Source: a virus
Taxonomy: Duplodnaviria > Caudoviricetes
Direction: 5' to 3' (one strand)
Length of the DNA: 64,000 bases
IMG/VR virus record: IMGVR_UViG_2630968832_000009
Location: 3,088 to 67,087 of that record
A program made the position numbers and the translations under genes. How positions within the stretch are numbered: the first letter of the stretch is position 1; each line of letters starts with the position of its first letter. Of this stretch, positions 19,518-29,061 are shown one piece after another. The notes beneath the pieces are model-generated. The model saw nothing but the letters and a program-made list of their open reading frames with translations. It did no database searches and was not told the DNA's origin.

Positions 19518-20324
19518 ATGACAAGCAGCTTTACACTTGCACATACCGATATTTTTTATGATTCACCTGTAGATCTCTATGAGAACGAAGAACACGAAAT
19601 CTTTATGACTGCATTGCAACTTTCAAATTGTTTGGAATATGAATCAAAAGCCAATTTCAAAAGATTTCTCAATCGTCATCAAAATCTGAGGAATGAAGAA
19701 TTTTCACGTATTGAGCTGATTCCTATATGGAGTTCTCAATGGGATGACACTCTGACACCTCCTCACAATTCTCTGGTAATGCGTGACACCCGCGTATTCA
19801 GCGAAGATGGCATCTACGAAGTATGTATGTTATCGCGCAAACCAAAGGCACAGGAATTTCGTCGCCATATCCGGCAAATCCTGAAATCCTTACGGCGCGG
19901 GGAAATGCAGTTGGTTGCCACACAGCCTGTACAGGCATTAGCCTTACAGGCACAGCTCACAGCAATGATGAACAGCATCTCAGAATTAAAGGCCGAATTG
20001 AAACATCAATCGTCATCGCTACAGCGAATTGTAGGCGCTGTGTGTACATATCACTCGTCTCCGTGGAAAACTACCGTATATAGGCGCGTTAAAGCACTTG
20101 CTGAAGAAATCAATTGTACTGACAACAAACAAATATTCGCCAACATATACAACTCCATGAGAGATACATACGGAAAGGACCTGAATACGTATGCTGATAT
20201 CTACGCACAGCATCATCCCGGAGACAAAAGGCTGAATGGCATTGATGCGGTAGACGCATTCGAAGAATTGCAACCATTGTTTGATACACTGCTCAATAAC
20301 TATGTGAACCTGTTTGTTAATTAA
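19518..20324 (+). CDS. Bro-N-like antirepressor with helical C-domain
   Basis: FSEDGIYEVCMLSRKPKAQEFR. Confidence 0.8.
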   Translation: MTSSFTLAHTDIFYDSPVDLYENEEHEIFMTALQLSNCLEYESKANFKRFLNRHQNLRNEEFSRIELIPIWSSQWDDTLTPPHNSLVMRDTRVFSEDGIYEVCMLSRKPKAQEFRRHIRQILKSLRRGEMQLVATQPVQALALQAQLTAMMNSISELKAELKHQSSSLQRIVGAVCTYHSSPWKTTVYRRVKALAEEINCTDNKQIFANIYNSMRDTYGKDLNTYADIYAQHHPGDKRLNGIDAVDAFEELQPLFDTLLNNYVNLFVN

Positions 20325-20379
20325 ACTGTTGGCTCCGCCACTGTTACATGTATTCTCGCACGATTGTTGTGCACACGAT

Positions 20380-20900
20380 TCAAGGGCGGCGTCAGCCGCC
20401 CGCGGCCGAGCGAAGCGAAGGCCGCCTAGGGAAGAGGGGTTGTAAGGGGAGAAACCGTGAGTGAATGAGCGCAGCGAATGAACGATAGGTGTCTCCCCTT
20501 ACCATAGGGACCTACTAACTGATTGATTGCTCTGATCGTATTACCGCAGTCCTATCGAATGCTCCTATCGCATGATTGTTTTCAGATTGTTTTCCGCTTC
20601 ATTTCCCTGCTTCGATTTTCGTCCGTTTTCCATTTTCTCTTTTTCGCGATATTGGGAGACCGGTTTTTCGAATATTTAATATTTATATTAAATATGAGAA
20701 AAACCGGTTAGGGTTTTCAGTTCTTATTCTTATAAAGAGTTCTTATTCTTCTGTATCGCCTAACTCAACCGAAATTTTTCCCATCTTTTTAGTACCGCGC
20801 TATAGTCTAAAAAAACAGAGAAAATCTCCCTTTTGAGTTTCGTGGTTTTTTTGAGACGAAACAGGAAAAAACGTATCCTTTTTTGGAGTATAGCAATTTG
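20380..20900. other. Putative replication origin region
   Basis: GC hairpins with GAGCGAAGCGA/GAGCGCAGCGA, GGGGAGA...TCTCCCC stem, AT-rich palindrome near 20670-20695 and repeated GTTTTC/GAAAA words, directly upstream of a wHTH protein. Confidence 0.45.
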
Positions 20901-20965
20901 AGCTTTTTGATTATAAAAAAGCGGAAGAAATCACCGTTATTTTATTATTTGGAGGAACTACAAAT

Positions 20966-21829
20966 TTGGATAATTTTGTAAAAATCGACACCGAGCTTTT
21001 CGAGAAAGGATTACACCGGTATAGCAGTATTTCAACAACAAAAGAAGATTTAAAAACGCTAAAGAACAACTTGGCGATTCTTATGACGATAAAATATTTC
21101 AAATATGCTAATGCTCCATACTATGCTTTTTCCCATGAGGATCTATGCAAATCACTTGGTTTGTCTATAATCTCTAATGATAGTCCGGCAATTGTAAGAA
21201 AGCATTTCAGGCACTTCTTGGGTTCTTCATTTTCCGGATACAAATTTGAAGTCATACTATATCGAAAACGCTTCGATAGCCTTATCTGCGTAGAAGAAAA
21301 GGAGACATTTAATGGTAAAAAGTTTGGCAGAATTTTCTTTTCTGAATTCGAAAAAATCATGAGGATTGATTATCCCAGCAAGCCATTACTCCTTTGGGCA
21401 TTTGCTTTTATTGCTTCGCAAATTTTCAAGCGAAGCCCTGATGATGACCCCTCTATCTTTCCAGAAGCCTATGATGTCACCTACGAAGAAATTGCAGAAC
21501 AATGCGGTGTATCCAAAATGACTGCCATCAAATTGATGTCTCTCCTTGAGGAAAATCAGCTTCTATGCGTCTACCACTCCAATACCGCTACTCGTTTTGG
21601 AGATCAATTTTTTAAAATTCCTAACATCTATGCACGGTTTGGACAAGAACAGGAGCTTAAATACAAACTGGAGCAACTGGATTCCAGAAAGGAAAAAAGA
21701 AAACTCAGAAAGGGCTCTAAGGACAACGCTGCCAAGGATAATAGTAAACCAAATACCAGCACCAATGATGAAGACGACCCTTGGGATGATGACGATGACA
21801 AGGTTTGGGGTACTCCGCAGCCGGCGTGA
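20966..21829 (+). CDS. Winged-helix DNA-binding protein, putative replication initiator
   Basis: VTYEEIAEQCGVSKMTAIKLMSLLEENQLL...PNIY; acidic tail. Confidence 0.6.
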   Translation: MDNFVKIDTELFEKGLHRYSSISTTKEDLKTLKNNLAILMTIKYFKYANAPYYAFSHEDLCKSLGLSIISNDSPAIVRKHFRHFLGSSFSGYKFEVILYRKRFDSLICVEEKETFNGKKFGRIFFSEFEKIMRIDYPSKPLLLWAFAFIASQIFKRSPDDDPSIFPEAYDVTYEEIAEQCGVSKMTAIKLMSLLEENQLLCVYHSNTATRFGDQFFKIPNIYARFGQEQELKYKLEQLDSRKEKRKLRKGSKDNAAKDNSKPNTSTNDEDDPWDDDDDKVWGTPQPA

Positions 21830-21978
21830 GCCTCTCTTGACTGGTTGTTCCGCGCCGCGCATGCTCTGGCGTCGATTCTATGGCTGTTGCACGGCGTTTT
21901 ATAGCGGAAGGCATAAAATCCTTACTTATTGCTTCAAAGGTAAAAATTCACTTAAATTTTAGGAGGAAACACATATAC

Positions 21979-22308
21979 ATGACACTTTACACGAATTCAA
22001 AGCCCAGCGTAGAAGAACAGGAGACTCATTTGTACATTGATTCCCGTGAAACATGGTTCGCTGACACCACAATCAGAAAAGACATGACAAAGTTTAAGAA
22101 ACAGGGTTGGGAGATCGTAGACGTTACTTGCCTAACTGGTACTGACTCCGTTGTTGGGATGCGCTTTCGCGCCCCTCGACGCGCACTTACCATTGGTAAG
22201 GCAGTAAGAAACAGACCCGCGCTGACGGATGAACAACGCCGCGCAGCTGCTGAGCGCATGGCAGCTTGTAGGCGCATGAAGGACACGGAGGTTCGTAAGG
22301 TTGTATAA
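21979..22308 (+). CDS. Conserved hypothetical phage protein
   Basis: AGGAGG RBS; EEQETH...LTDEQRRAAAERM. Confidence 0.75.
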   Translation: MTLYTNSKPSVEEQETHLYIDSRETWFADTTIRKDMTKFKKQGWEIVDVTCLTGTDSVVGMRFRAPRRALTIGKAVRNRPALTDEQRRAAAERMAACRRMKDTEVRKVV

Positions 22309-23461
22309 AAATTCACTCATATATTTTGACAACGCCGCAACGACTCCCCTCTCCCCTACAGCGCTCAGCGCAATGAAACCGTGGCTTACAAGTGAATATG
22401 GAAATCCGTCATCATTGTATAGCGCCGGGCGCAAGGCCAAAGAAGCACTTGAGTGTGCACGTGCAATGATAGCTCGCACCATAAATGCAGAACCTGATGA
22501 AATCTTTTTTACGAGCGGCGGCACCGAGGCAGATAACTGGGCGATCGATATGATCGGTACTCATGGCGATATAATCACAAGCGGCATTGAGCATCACGCT
22601 ATTTTAAATGCGGCGCATAATCGACTTGAACGAGATGTAAAAGCGCTTAAATTAATGACAGATCGCCACGGATATATTGTTCCACCAAATGAATCCGCAA
22701 CGCGATCGCTAGTCTTGCAAAACAAGCCTGTAATGTGCTCTTTTATGTTTGTAAACAACGAGATTGGTACCGTTCAAGATCTTCGTAAACTTTTTAAATC
22801 CTTTAATGGATGCGGTCTAATTTACCACACGGACGCAGTTCAGGCGGTTGGGCACATCCAAGTGGATGTAAAGAAGCTTGGGGTAGATATGCTCTCAATG
22901 AGCGCTCACAAATTCAATGGCCCGCGCGGTATTGGTGCGCTGTACGTCCGTAATGGAGTGCCAATGTATCCCATGATTTGTGGAGGCGGACAGGAACGAA
23001 AGATGCGAGCTGGAACTGAGAATGTTGCAGGAGCTGTTGGGATGGCTGTTGCTTTGGACGAAGCCGTTCGATTTATGGACGAACGTATGGCACACACAGA
23101 CTCTTTGAAGCACAGATTCGTTGATGCGTGCACAAAAAACAATATTCGATTTGCCACAACGTTGGATGATCCATTTTCAAACAATACAGGCATTTTAAGT
23201 ATGCGTTTCCCTGAAGTCGAGGCGGAATCCTTATTGCTTCTGCTTGATTCTTTTGGGATATGTGTCTCTACTGGCAGCGCATGCGATTCAAAGTCGGTTA
23301 ACATTTCTCATGTCCTTTCCGCAATTGGATTATCCGACACAGATGCCCGCTCCACCATCCGCTTTAGCTTTGGCCATCAAAACACTTTTGAAGAAGTTGA
23401 TTACGCTGTGGATTCATTGGCGAAGTGTATCGACATGATACGCAGTGTTAATACTGTATAA
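22301..23461 (+). CDS. iscS: Cysteine desulfurase (IscS/NifS class I)
   Basis: YFDNAATT, FTSGGTEA, HTDAVQ, SAHKFNGPRG (PLP Lys), STGSAC (catalytic Cys). Confidence 0.95.
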   Translation: MYKNSLIYFDNAATTPLSPTALSAMKPWLTSEYGNPSSLYSAGRKAKEALECARAMIARTINAEPDEIFFTSGGTEADNWAIDMIGTHGDIITSGIEHHAILNAAHNRLERDVKALKLMTDRHGYIVPPNESATRSLVLQNKPVMCSFMFVNNEIGTVQDLRKLFKSFNGCGLIYHTDAVQAVGHIQVDVKKLGVDMLSMSAHKFNGPRGIGALYVRNGVPMYPMICGGGQERKMRAGTENVAGAVGMAVALDEAVRFMDERMAHTDSLKHRFVDACTKNNIRFATTLDDPFSNNTGILSMRFPEVEAESLLLLLDSFGICVSTGSACDSKSVNISHVLSAIGLSDTDARSTIRFSFGHQNTFEEVDYAVDSLAKCIDMIRSVNTV

Positions 23462-23488
23462 TGTGCAGCACAGACAGGTGGTGAGGTT

Positions 23489-23578
23489 TTGATCAAGGGA
23501 CTTGTTGTGTGCGTATTGTATTTGTACACGGTTTTAGTGATAGCGAGATTTTGTGCTATTAACGATCGAAATTATTGA
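23489..23578 (+). CDS. Small hydrophobic peptide
   Basis: 29 aa MIKGLVVCVLYLYTVLVIARFCAINDRNY with GGTGAGG RBS. Confidence 0.45.
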   Translation: MIKGLVVCVLYLYTVLVIARFCAINDRNY

Positions 23579-23593
23579 TTGGAGGTCACAGAA

Positions 23594-26422
23594 ATAAGCA
23601 AAGAAAAATTCAATGGAGTGTACATTCTTGGTATAGACGCGAAAGACATTTATTTAAGCAATCATTACTTGAATACTCCTGACAAAACAGGATATCGCAT
23701 TAGAGGAACGAACGGTACAATTTCCACAAGAAAGTTCGTTAATACTCTTGATTACTCTCTTGATCTTATTAAACTTCGCGAGATTTATGAAAAAGTTTAT
23801 CGCAGAATCAATTTTGGTTGGAATGTCGGCGATAAAGAGTATACGCAGTATGTTATCAACGTCACGTTTAAATATTCCGTAAAAGCCTATAATCGAATCC
23901 GAAAAGGCCTATACATAAAGAACGGCTGGAGTCCGCATGAAATAGCCTTAACAGATTGCGCAGATGTACGTAATGGAGAGCTTGTTGCTATACAAATCGA
24001 CGCCGATGTTGATGAACCAATTTGCGATGATTTGCTCGGCAATTATTTCTGGTTTTGTGACGGCCAATATCATGTAAAACAAAATGTAAAAACAGAGGTT
24101 GGCGTTGCAGCCTTGCGCAAGGATCTTTATGAAAACGGCTTCTACTGCGATGGGATTCATTATGTGCGCTTTAAAAGGTCATCCGGATCGAGCCGTGTTG
24201 GCAAATGTCTGTTTATTGACGAAAAGCTTTACAGAGGGATGGATAAATGGGCACACTGTGGAATCAAAATTAAAGATGGACAGGAAATTGACCTGGCCGC
24301 TTGGGAGGCATACATTGCACTTACCACAAGCAGCATTATCGACACAATAGAAATCAACCCTGAAAATATCCTTGTAATCAATGATTTTGAAAGTGTGTTC
24401 TCGGATGATGTCATAGCGACACGAATCGATGATAACGGACGATTGATCTCGAAACCGGAACAAGTCGAAATTAAGAATTCAATTTGGGATGGGCAATCAT
24501 TGCTCGATTCAGAACTTTTTACCGGATATGATCGCTATGGTATGTTGCTTTTGCGCAACCGCTTCTTTAAGAGCGCCTGTTTTAATACAAACATCCAGTG
24601 GTTCTTCCGCCAAAAAGGAATTACGTCTGTCAGTCAATTGAACGGATATACAATTGCCAAACGGATCGAAGACATCAAATTGATTACTACACCTAGCAGT
24701 ATTAAATACTTGAAGTTCGGTTCTCTTCAACAATGGCTCGATAATCTGGACCCGATTTTCGGAATTGTTAAGCATGAAAAGCCAACGCACTATTTTGATG
24801 GACGTTTGGTACAAACACATTATCAATTGATCAACTCTCTCCAGCTCACATACGAAGAAATGGAGGAATTTCTAAAGCCATCAATTGATTATATCCATCT
24901 TTTAAACACAGAACCTGCAGTGATTAGAAATCATATCAGGTACCCAAGTAAAGATGACTGGCACCTGCCTATGACAGCTTTGGAAAGCAAAAACGATATC
25001 GTTTACAAACTGCTCGGTTTAAACGAACGTTTTTGTGAAACAAAATTATATTCAGAGTTCAGAAGAGATTTGGTAAGGTCTTTTGTGAAGAATTTAAAAT
25101 GTGGGCACGTTCTTGTAAACGGAAATTATTCCACATTGCTGGGTAATCCTCTTGAAATGCTTTATAATGCTATCGGAAGTTGGAACGGAGAAAGTATGCT
25201 TGGGATTGGGAATGTTTGTTCAACGCGCTTTTGCGATGGGCAAGAGCTGCTTGGGTCTCGCAGTCCGCATGTTACAATGGGAAACATATTGCTCACCAAA
25301 AATGTTCGCAATGAAGAAATTTATAAATATTTCAACCTGTCTGACGAAGTAATTGCCATAAACTCAATTAATGAAAACATTCTATCAAAACTGAATGGGT
25401 CGGATTTCGATAGTGATACTATGCTTGTCACTGATGATAAAGTTCTGATAGAAGCGGCAAGAAGAAATTACAATAAATTTCTTGTCCCAACTAGCCTGAT
25501 ATCGTCTAAGAAAACCAAGCGTCAATATACTAATTCCGAAAAAGCAGATTTGGATGTTAAAACTGCGGTTAATAAGATTGGCGAAATAATTAATTTGTCG
25601 CAGGAGATAAATACATTGATCTGGGACATGCTGAACTCTGGCACTGCGTTTGATGAAATTCTTCCGCTATATTGTGATGTCGCACAACTTGATGTAATGA
25701 GCGGTATCGAGATTGATCGCGCAAAAAAAGAATTTGTTGTTGATAATACGCTTGAGTTGAAATATCTCAAAGAAAAGTATAACCGACGCGATGACAATGG
25801 ACGCTTGATCAAGCCAAACTTTTTCGGTCACATTTCTCGTCAAAAAGGATACTACAATCCACAAAAGAAGAACTATCAAAGGCATAACACTGCGATGGAT
25901 TATCTGCAGGCAGTTATCGCTACACACTGCAAGCGGTTTAGAAGCGCTGATTTACTAATGCCATTTTCGTATATTCTGAATGATTACCAGTACATACCAA
26001 GAATGATAAATTGGAATCAGGTTAATAGAATTATTCGATTGGTACGTGAAACCAAAAGCGATATCTCTTCTATATGGGCTGCTTATATGGAGCACTGTCA
26101 ATGTAGCGAAAACAGTTCTTTGTCAACTACAGATGAAGAATACACGATTACCAAGAAACGAGTTGATGAGGCTCGGCAGAAGTGTATTGATTACATTGCT
26201 GAGATAAAATTAAATTATTCAACCGTTTATTATTTACTTAAATTGTTGGACGAGAAAGCATACAGAGATATTTCCTATACTATGTTTTCGATTTTGTTCG
26301 GGGTCCCCAACAAATCATTCTTTAGGGCAATCCGTAAGAGTAGTGAACCCGTTAAAGAACTGATGCCAAACAAATCCGGCTCAATTGAAATATATGGCTT
26401 GCGATATTCAAAAGTATACTGA
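23594..26422 (+). CDS. yonO: YonO-type single-chain double-psi-barrel RNA polymerase
   Basis: RSPH motif and NGSDFDSD (DxDxD) catalytic loop, KRSSGSSRVG; located just upstream of late operon as in SPbeta; probable ATA start. Confidence 0.88.
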   Translation: MSKEKFNGVYILGIDAKDIYLSNHYLNTPDKTGYRIRGTNGTISTRKFVNTLDYSLDLIKLREIYEKVYRRINFGWNVGDKEYTQYVINVTFKYSVKAYNRIRKGLYIKNGWSPHEIALTDCADVRNGELVAIQIDADVDEPICDDLLGNYFWFCDGQYHVKQNVKTEVGVAALRKDLYENGFYCDGIHYVRFKRSSGSSRVGKCLFIDEKLYRGMDKWAHCGIKIKDGQEIDLAAWEAYIALTTSSIIDTIEINPENILVINDFESVFSDDVIATRIDDNGRLISKPEQVEIKNSIWDGQSLLDSELFTGYDRYGMLLLRNRFFKSACFNTNIQWFFRQKGITSVSQLNGYTIAKRIEDIKLITTPSSIKYLKFGSLQQWLDNLDPIFGIVKHEKPTHYFDGRLVQTHYQLINSLQLTYEEMEEFLKPSIDYIHLLNTEPAVIRNHIRYPSKDDWHLPMTALESKNDIVYKLLGLNERFCETKLYSEFRRDLVRSFVKNLKCGHVLVNGNYSTLLGNPLEMLYNAIGSWNGESMLGIGNVCSTRFCDGQELLGSRSPHVTMGNILLTKNVRNEEIYKYFNLSDEVIAINSINENILSKLNGSDFDSDTMLVTDDKVLIEAARRNYNKFLVPTSLISSKKTKRQYTNSEKADLDVKTAVNKIGEIINLSQEINTLIWDMLNSGTAFDEILPLYCDVAQLDVMSGIEIDRAKKEFVVDNTLELKYLKEKYNRRDDNGRLIKPNFFGHISRQKGYYNPQKKNYQRHNTAMDYLQAVIATHCKRFRSADLLMPFSYILNDYQYIPRMINWNQVNRIIRLVRETKSDISSIWAAYMEHCQCSENSSLSTTDEEYTITKKRVDEARQKCIDYIAEIKLNYSTVYYLLKLLDEKAYRDISYTMFSILFGVPNKSFFRAIRKSSEPVKELMPNKSGSIEIYGLRYSKVY

Positions 26423-26426
26423 TCGT

Positions 26427-26458
26427 GAGGCTCGGAGTTTTCCGGGCCTCATTTTTTT
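26427..26458 (+). terminator. Rho-independent terminator
   Basis: TGAGGCTCGGA-GTTT-TCCGGGCCTCA followed by a T run. Confidence 0.8.
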
Positions 26459-26627
26459 ACAATTTTAGGCCATTTTTTTATGCATAGGTTTTTATAAACC
26501 CGCATTGCAGCAAGGTTTGTTGGCATTTCTATAACGACTTAATATGGTAGGGATACGATAATTGTGTTCTTACACATCACTTCGGTTTTTTCCAAAGGCC
26601 GAAAATAATAACAAAGGAAGAAGATAT

Positions 26628-26837
26628 TTGATTTCAATCAACAAAGACGAGGCTCTATATCTGGCCAAACTATTTCCGCCAAAGAAAGTTCGCGATATGT
26701 ACACTGGTGATTTACACATTGAAAGAATGGTGCGTCGCACTAAGAATCATTTCTTGTGCACTGAAATTAGTGCTGTCACGAACGCACTAAAAAAATACCG
26801 TGGGCTTAATGTTACACAAACAGAAAAGGTAAGGTAG
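26628..26837 (+). CDS. Small hypothetical protein, first late gene
   Basis: AAAGGAAG RBS, TTG start. Confidence 0.6.
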   Translation: MISINKDEALYLAKLFPPKKVRDMYTGDLHIERMVRRTKNHFLCTEISAVTNALKKYRGLNVTQTEKVR

Positions 26838-26842
26838 TCAAA

Positions 26843-27037
26843 TTGGCAAGTAAAGTAAATAAAAAATTCGGACTTGATATCACCGGCACTATTGATCTTG
26901 ATTCTCTCGACAAGGAGCACGACGTACTTTTTGAGGTTGAAGGTCTTTCTGAACCGGTAAGTTTGGCTGAACTCGCAGATGAGTTCAATGGTAAGGAAGT
27001 CAAGCTTAGCATCGCATTTACAGACCAACTTGGCTAA
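26843..27037 (+). CDS. yonK: YonK-like protein
   Basis: MASK...G.ID...LADEFNGKEVKLSI; size and position match SPbeta YonK. Confidence 0.75.
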   Translation: MASKVNKKFGLDITGTIDLDSLDKEHDVLFEVEGLSEPVSLAELADEFNGKEVKLSIAFTDQLG

Positions 27038-28035
27038 TGGTGAATCCAATGTACAACAATCGACGCTACGAACACGAAAGTTTTGATGAATATTTCGTGC
27101 GTATTGGTGATGCGGCAAGAAGACACGAGATCACATGGATCGAGGCCGCAGACTATTTAAATGCTGCAAGCGGTGAATGCCTTGGTGAATGCGCATATCG
27201 AAAAAAGTATAAAGCGTTCTATGCCGGCATGCTGTTTGAGCGTGACCATCGTGTAAAAAACATCAACACGCGCATTCTTTCCATATCGGACTTGCACATT
27301 CCATTTCATAAACCAACTTCTGTATTTGATAAATATGCTGGCCGCGTGGACATTCTTCAGTTAAATGGTGACATAATTGATTGCCAGGCACTATCGAGAT
27401 TCCCCAAGGTATATCGTAAAAGTCCAATGGAAGAAATCTTGATTGCTCGCGAATATATTATCGAATTGATAGAACGTATTGAGCCGCGCAAGGTCGTTGT
27501 AAATTATGGCAATCACGATCTTCGATTTCAAAATTATCTGGCCAAAAATCTTGATTCAGACATTCTTGAGCTGATGCCCAAGACAGCTCTCGAGCTTATT
27601 TTAATTGATGGTTTTAACCATTACAACAAAGAACTGCATACCAAAGTGCATTATGATGCATTACGTGACGTATTCGATGGATCGGTTGAGATCGTGTACA
27701 ACGATGCCTGGTACTCTGTGATTGGCGATGTGATCTTTTGCCACCCACTTGCCTATTCATCCGGCATGATGGCAACAAGCGAAAAAGCACGTAGATTCTT
27801 TAAGGACGAAGGATACGAATTCGGTTGTCTTGTTATGGCACATACACACCATACTGGTAGCTATGATGTTGGAGATATCGTGATGTATGAGCAAGGCGCT
27901 GCGTGTGAAACATCAAAACAGAATTACTCTGATGGTAAGCTTTTCCGGTCCCAGAAGGAAGGCTTTATTTTTTTATGTCTGGACATGGATGGGAAATTAA
28001 TCCAGAACGCAACTGAATTAGTGAAGCTAAATTAA
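27037..28035 (+). CDS. Calcineurin-like metallophosphoesterase (YonJ-like)
   Basis: SDLH, NGDIID, GNHD, H, AHTH motifs. Confidence 0.9.
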   Translation: MVNPMYNNRRYEHESFDEYFVRIGDAARRHEITWIEAADYLNAASGECLGECAYRKKYKAFYAGMLFERDHRVKNINTRILSISDLHIPFHKPTSVFDKYAGRVDILQLNGDIIDCQALSRFPKVYRKSPMEEILIAREYIIELIERIEPRKVVVNYGNHDLRFQNYLAKNLDSDILELMPKTALELILIDGFNHYNKELHTKVHYDALRDVFDGSVEIVYNDAWYSVIGDVIFCHPLAYSSGMMATSEKARRFFKDEGYEFGCLVMAHTHHTGSYDVGDIVMYEQGAACETSKQNYSDGKLFRSQKEGFIFLCLDMDGKLIQNATELVKLN

Positions 28036-28068
28036 GAAATTCAATTGAACATATGGGGGGTGATTGCC

Positions 28069-29061
28069 ATGGCCGTTATAAGCAGCACTCCCGATAGGAT
28101 AACACCGTTAAAAAATGATATCCGTAGTCCTAGATGCACTACATGTGGCAAAACATTCACAAAACAAACTGGCAATTTTCCAGCATCGCAAAGTCCGATA
28201 TACGCCTGCAACAATCATTTTTTGCCTGTTTGTAAAACATGCATTGATAAGCTTTACGAACATTATTGTGCTGTGCTTGGGAACGATGAGGATGCAATTC
28301 GGCGCATATGTATGAAATTTGATATTTATTATAGCAAGGCGCTTGCTGAATCGTCACGTAAAATTGCTGTAGACAGAAGCCGTGTTCATACATATATATC
28401 GCGCGCAAACCTTTCACAATTTAGAGGAAAAACTTACGACACAACAATTGATGAAGAATCCAGACAAGTAATTGAATCAGTAGAAGAGGTAAAGGAAAGC
28501 GGTGTAAAAATTTTACAACGCACTGTAAAATTCTTTGGCGTAGGTTTTTCTGAAGATGAGTACAAATTTCTTCAGGATCAGTATGATGATTGGACGGCAC
28601 GGCATGAATGTCAGACAAAATCTCAGGAAGAAATCTTTAAAGCAATTTGCATTGCGCAGCTTAATATACAGCGTGCCAACATTTCCGGCGATCAAAAAAA
28701 GCTGGATACATCTATGAAATTATTTCAGGATTTGCTCGGCGCGGCTAAGATAAAGCCAAATCAAATCAAGGGCGATGTCATTAGCGATCAGCAAACATTT
28801 GGTACGTTGATTCAAAAATGGGAAACTGAGAAACCGATCCCAGAGCCAGATCCTGAATTTGCAGACGTTGACAATATCCGAAAGTATATTGGCACATTCT
28901 TCTTTGGGCATCTCTGTAAAATGATTGGTATTAAGAATTCATATTCTGAAGAATACGAAAAATATTTAAAGCAATACAGTGCTACGAAACCTGAGTTTTC
29001 AGATGATGCCGTAAACGAGGACATCTTCAATAAATTAACTGGTGATGCCGATGGCCAGTAA
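28069..29061 (+). CDS. Zn-finger protein upstream of terminase (possible small subunit)
   Basis: CTTC...CKTC; TFGTLIQKWE..KPIPEPDP; SPbeta-like synteny. Confidence 0.6.
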   Translation: MAVISSTPDRITPLKNDIRSPRCTTCGKTFTKQTGNFPASQSPIYACNNHFLPVCKTCIDKLYEHYCAVLGNDEDAIRRICMKFDIYYSKALAESSRKIAVDRSRVHTYISRANLSQFRGKTYDTTIDEESRQVIESVEEVKESGVKILQRTVKFFGVGFSEDEYKFLQDQYDDWTARHECQTKSQEEIFKAICIAQLNIQRANISGDQKKLDTSMKLFQDLLGAAKIKPNQIKGDVISDQQTFGTLIQKWETEKPIPEPDPEFADVDNIRKYIGTFFFGHLCKMIGIKNSYSEEYEKYLKQYSATKPEFSDDAVNEDIFNKLTGDADGQ

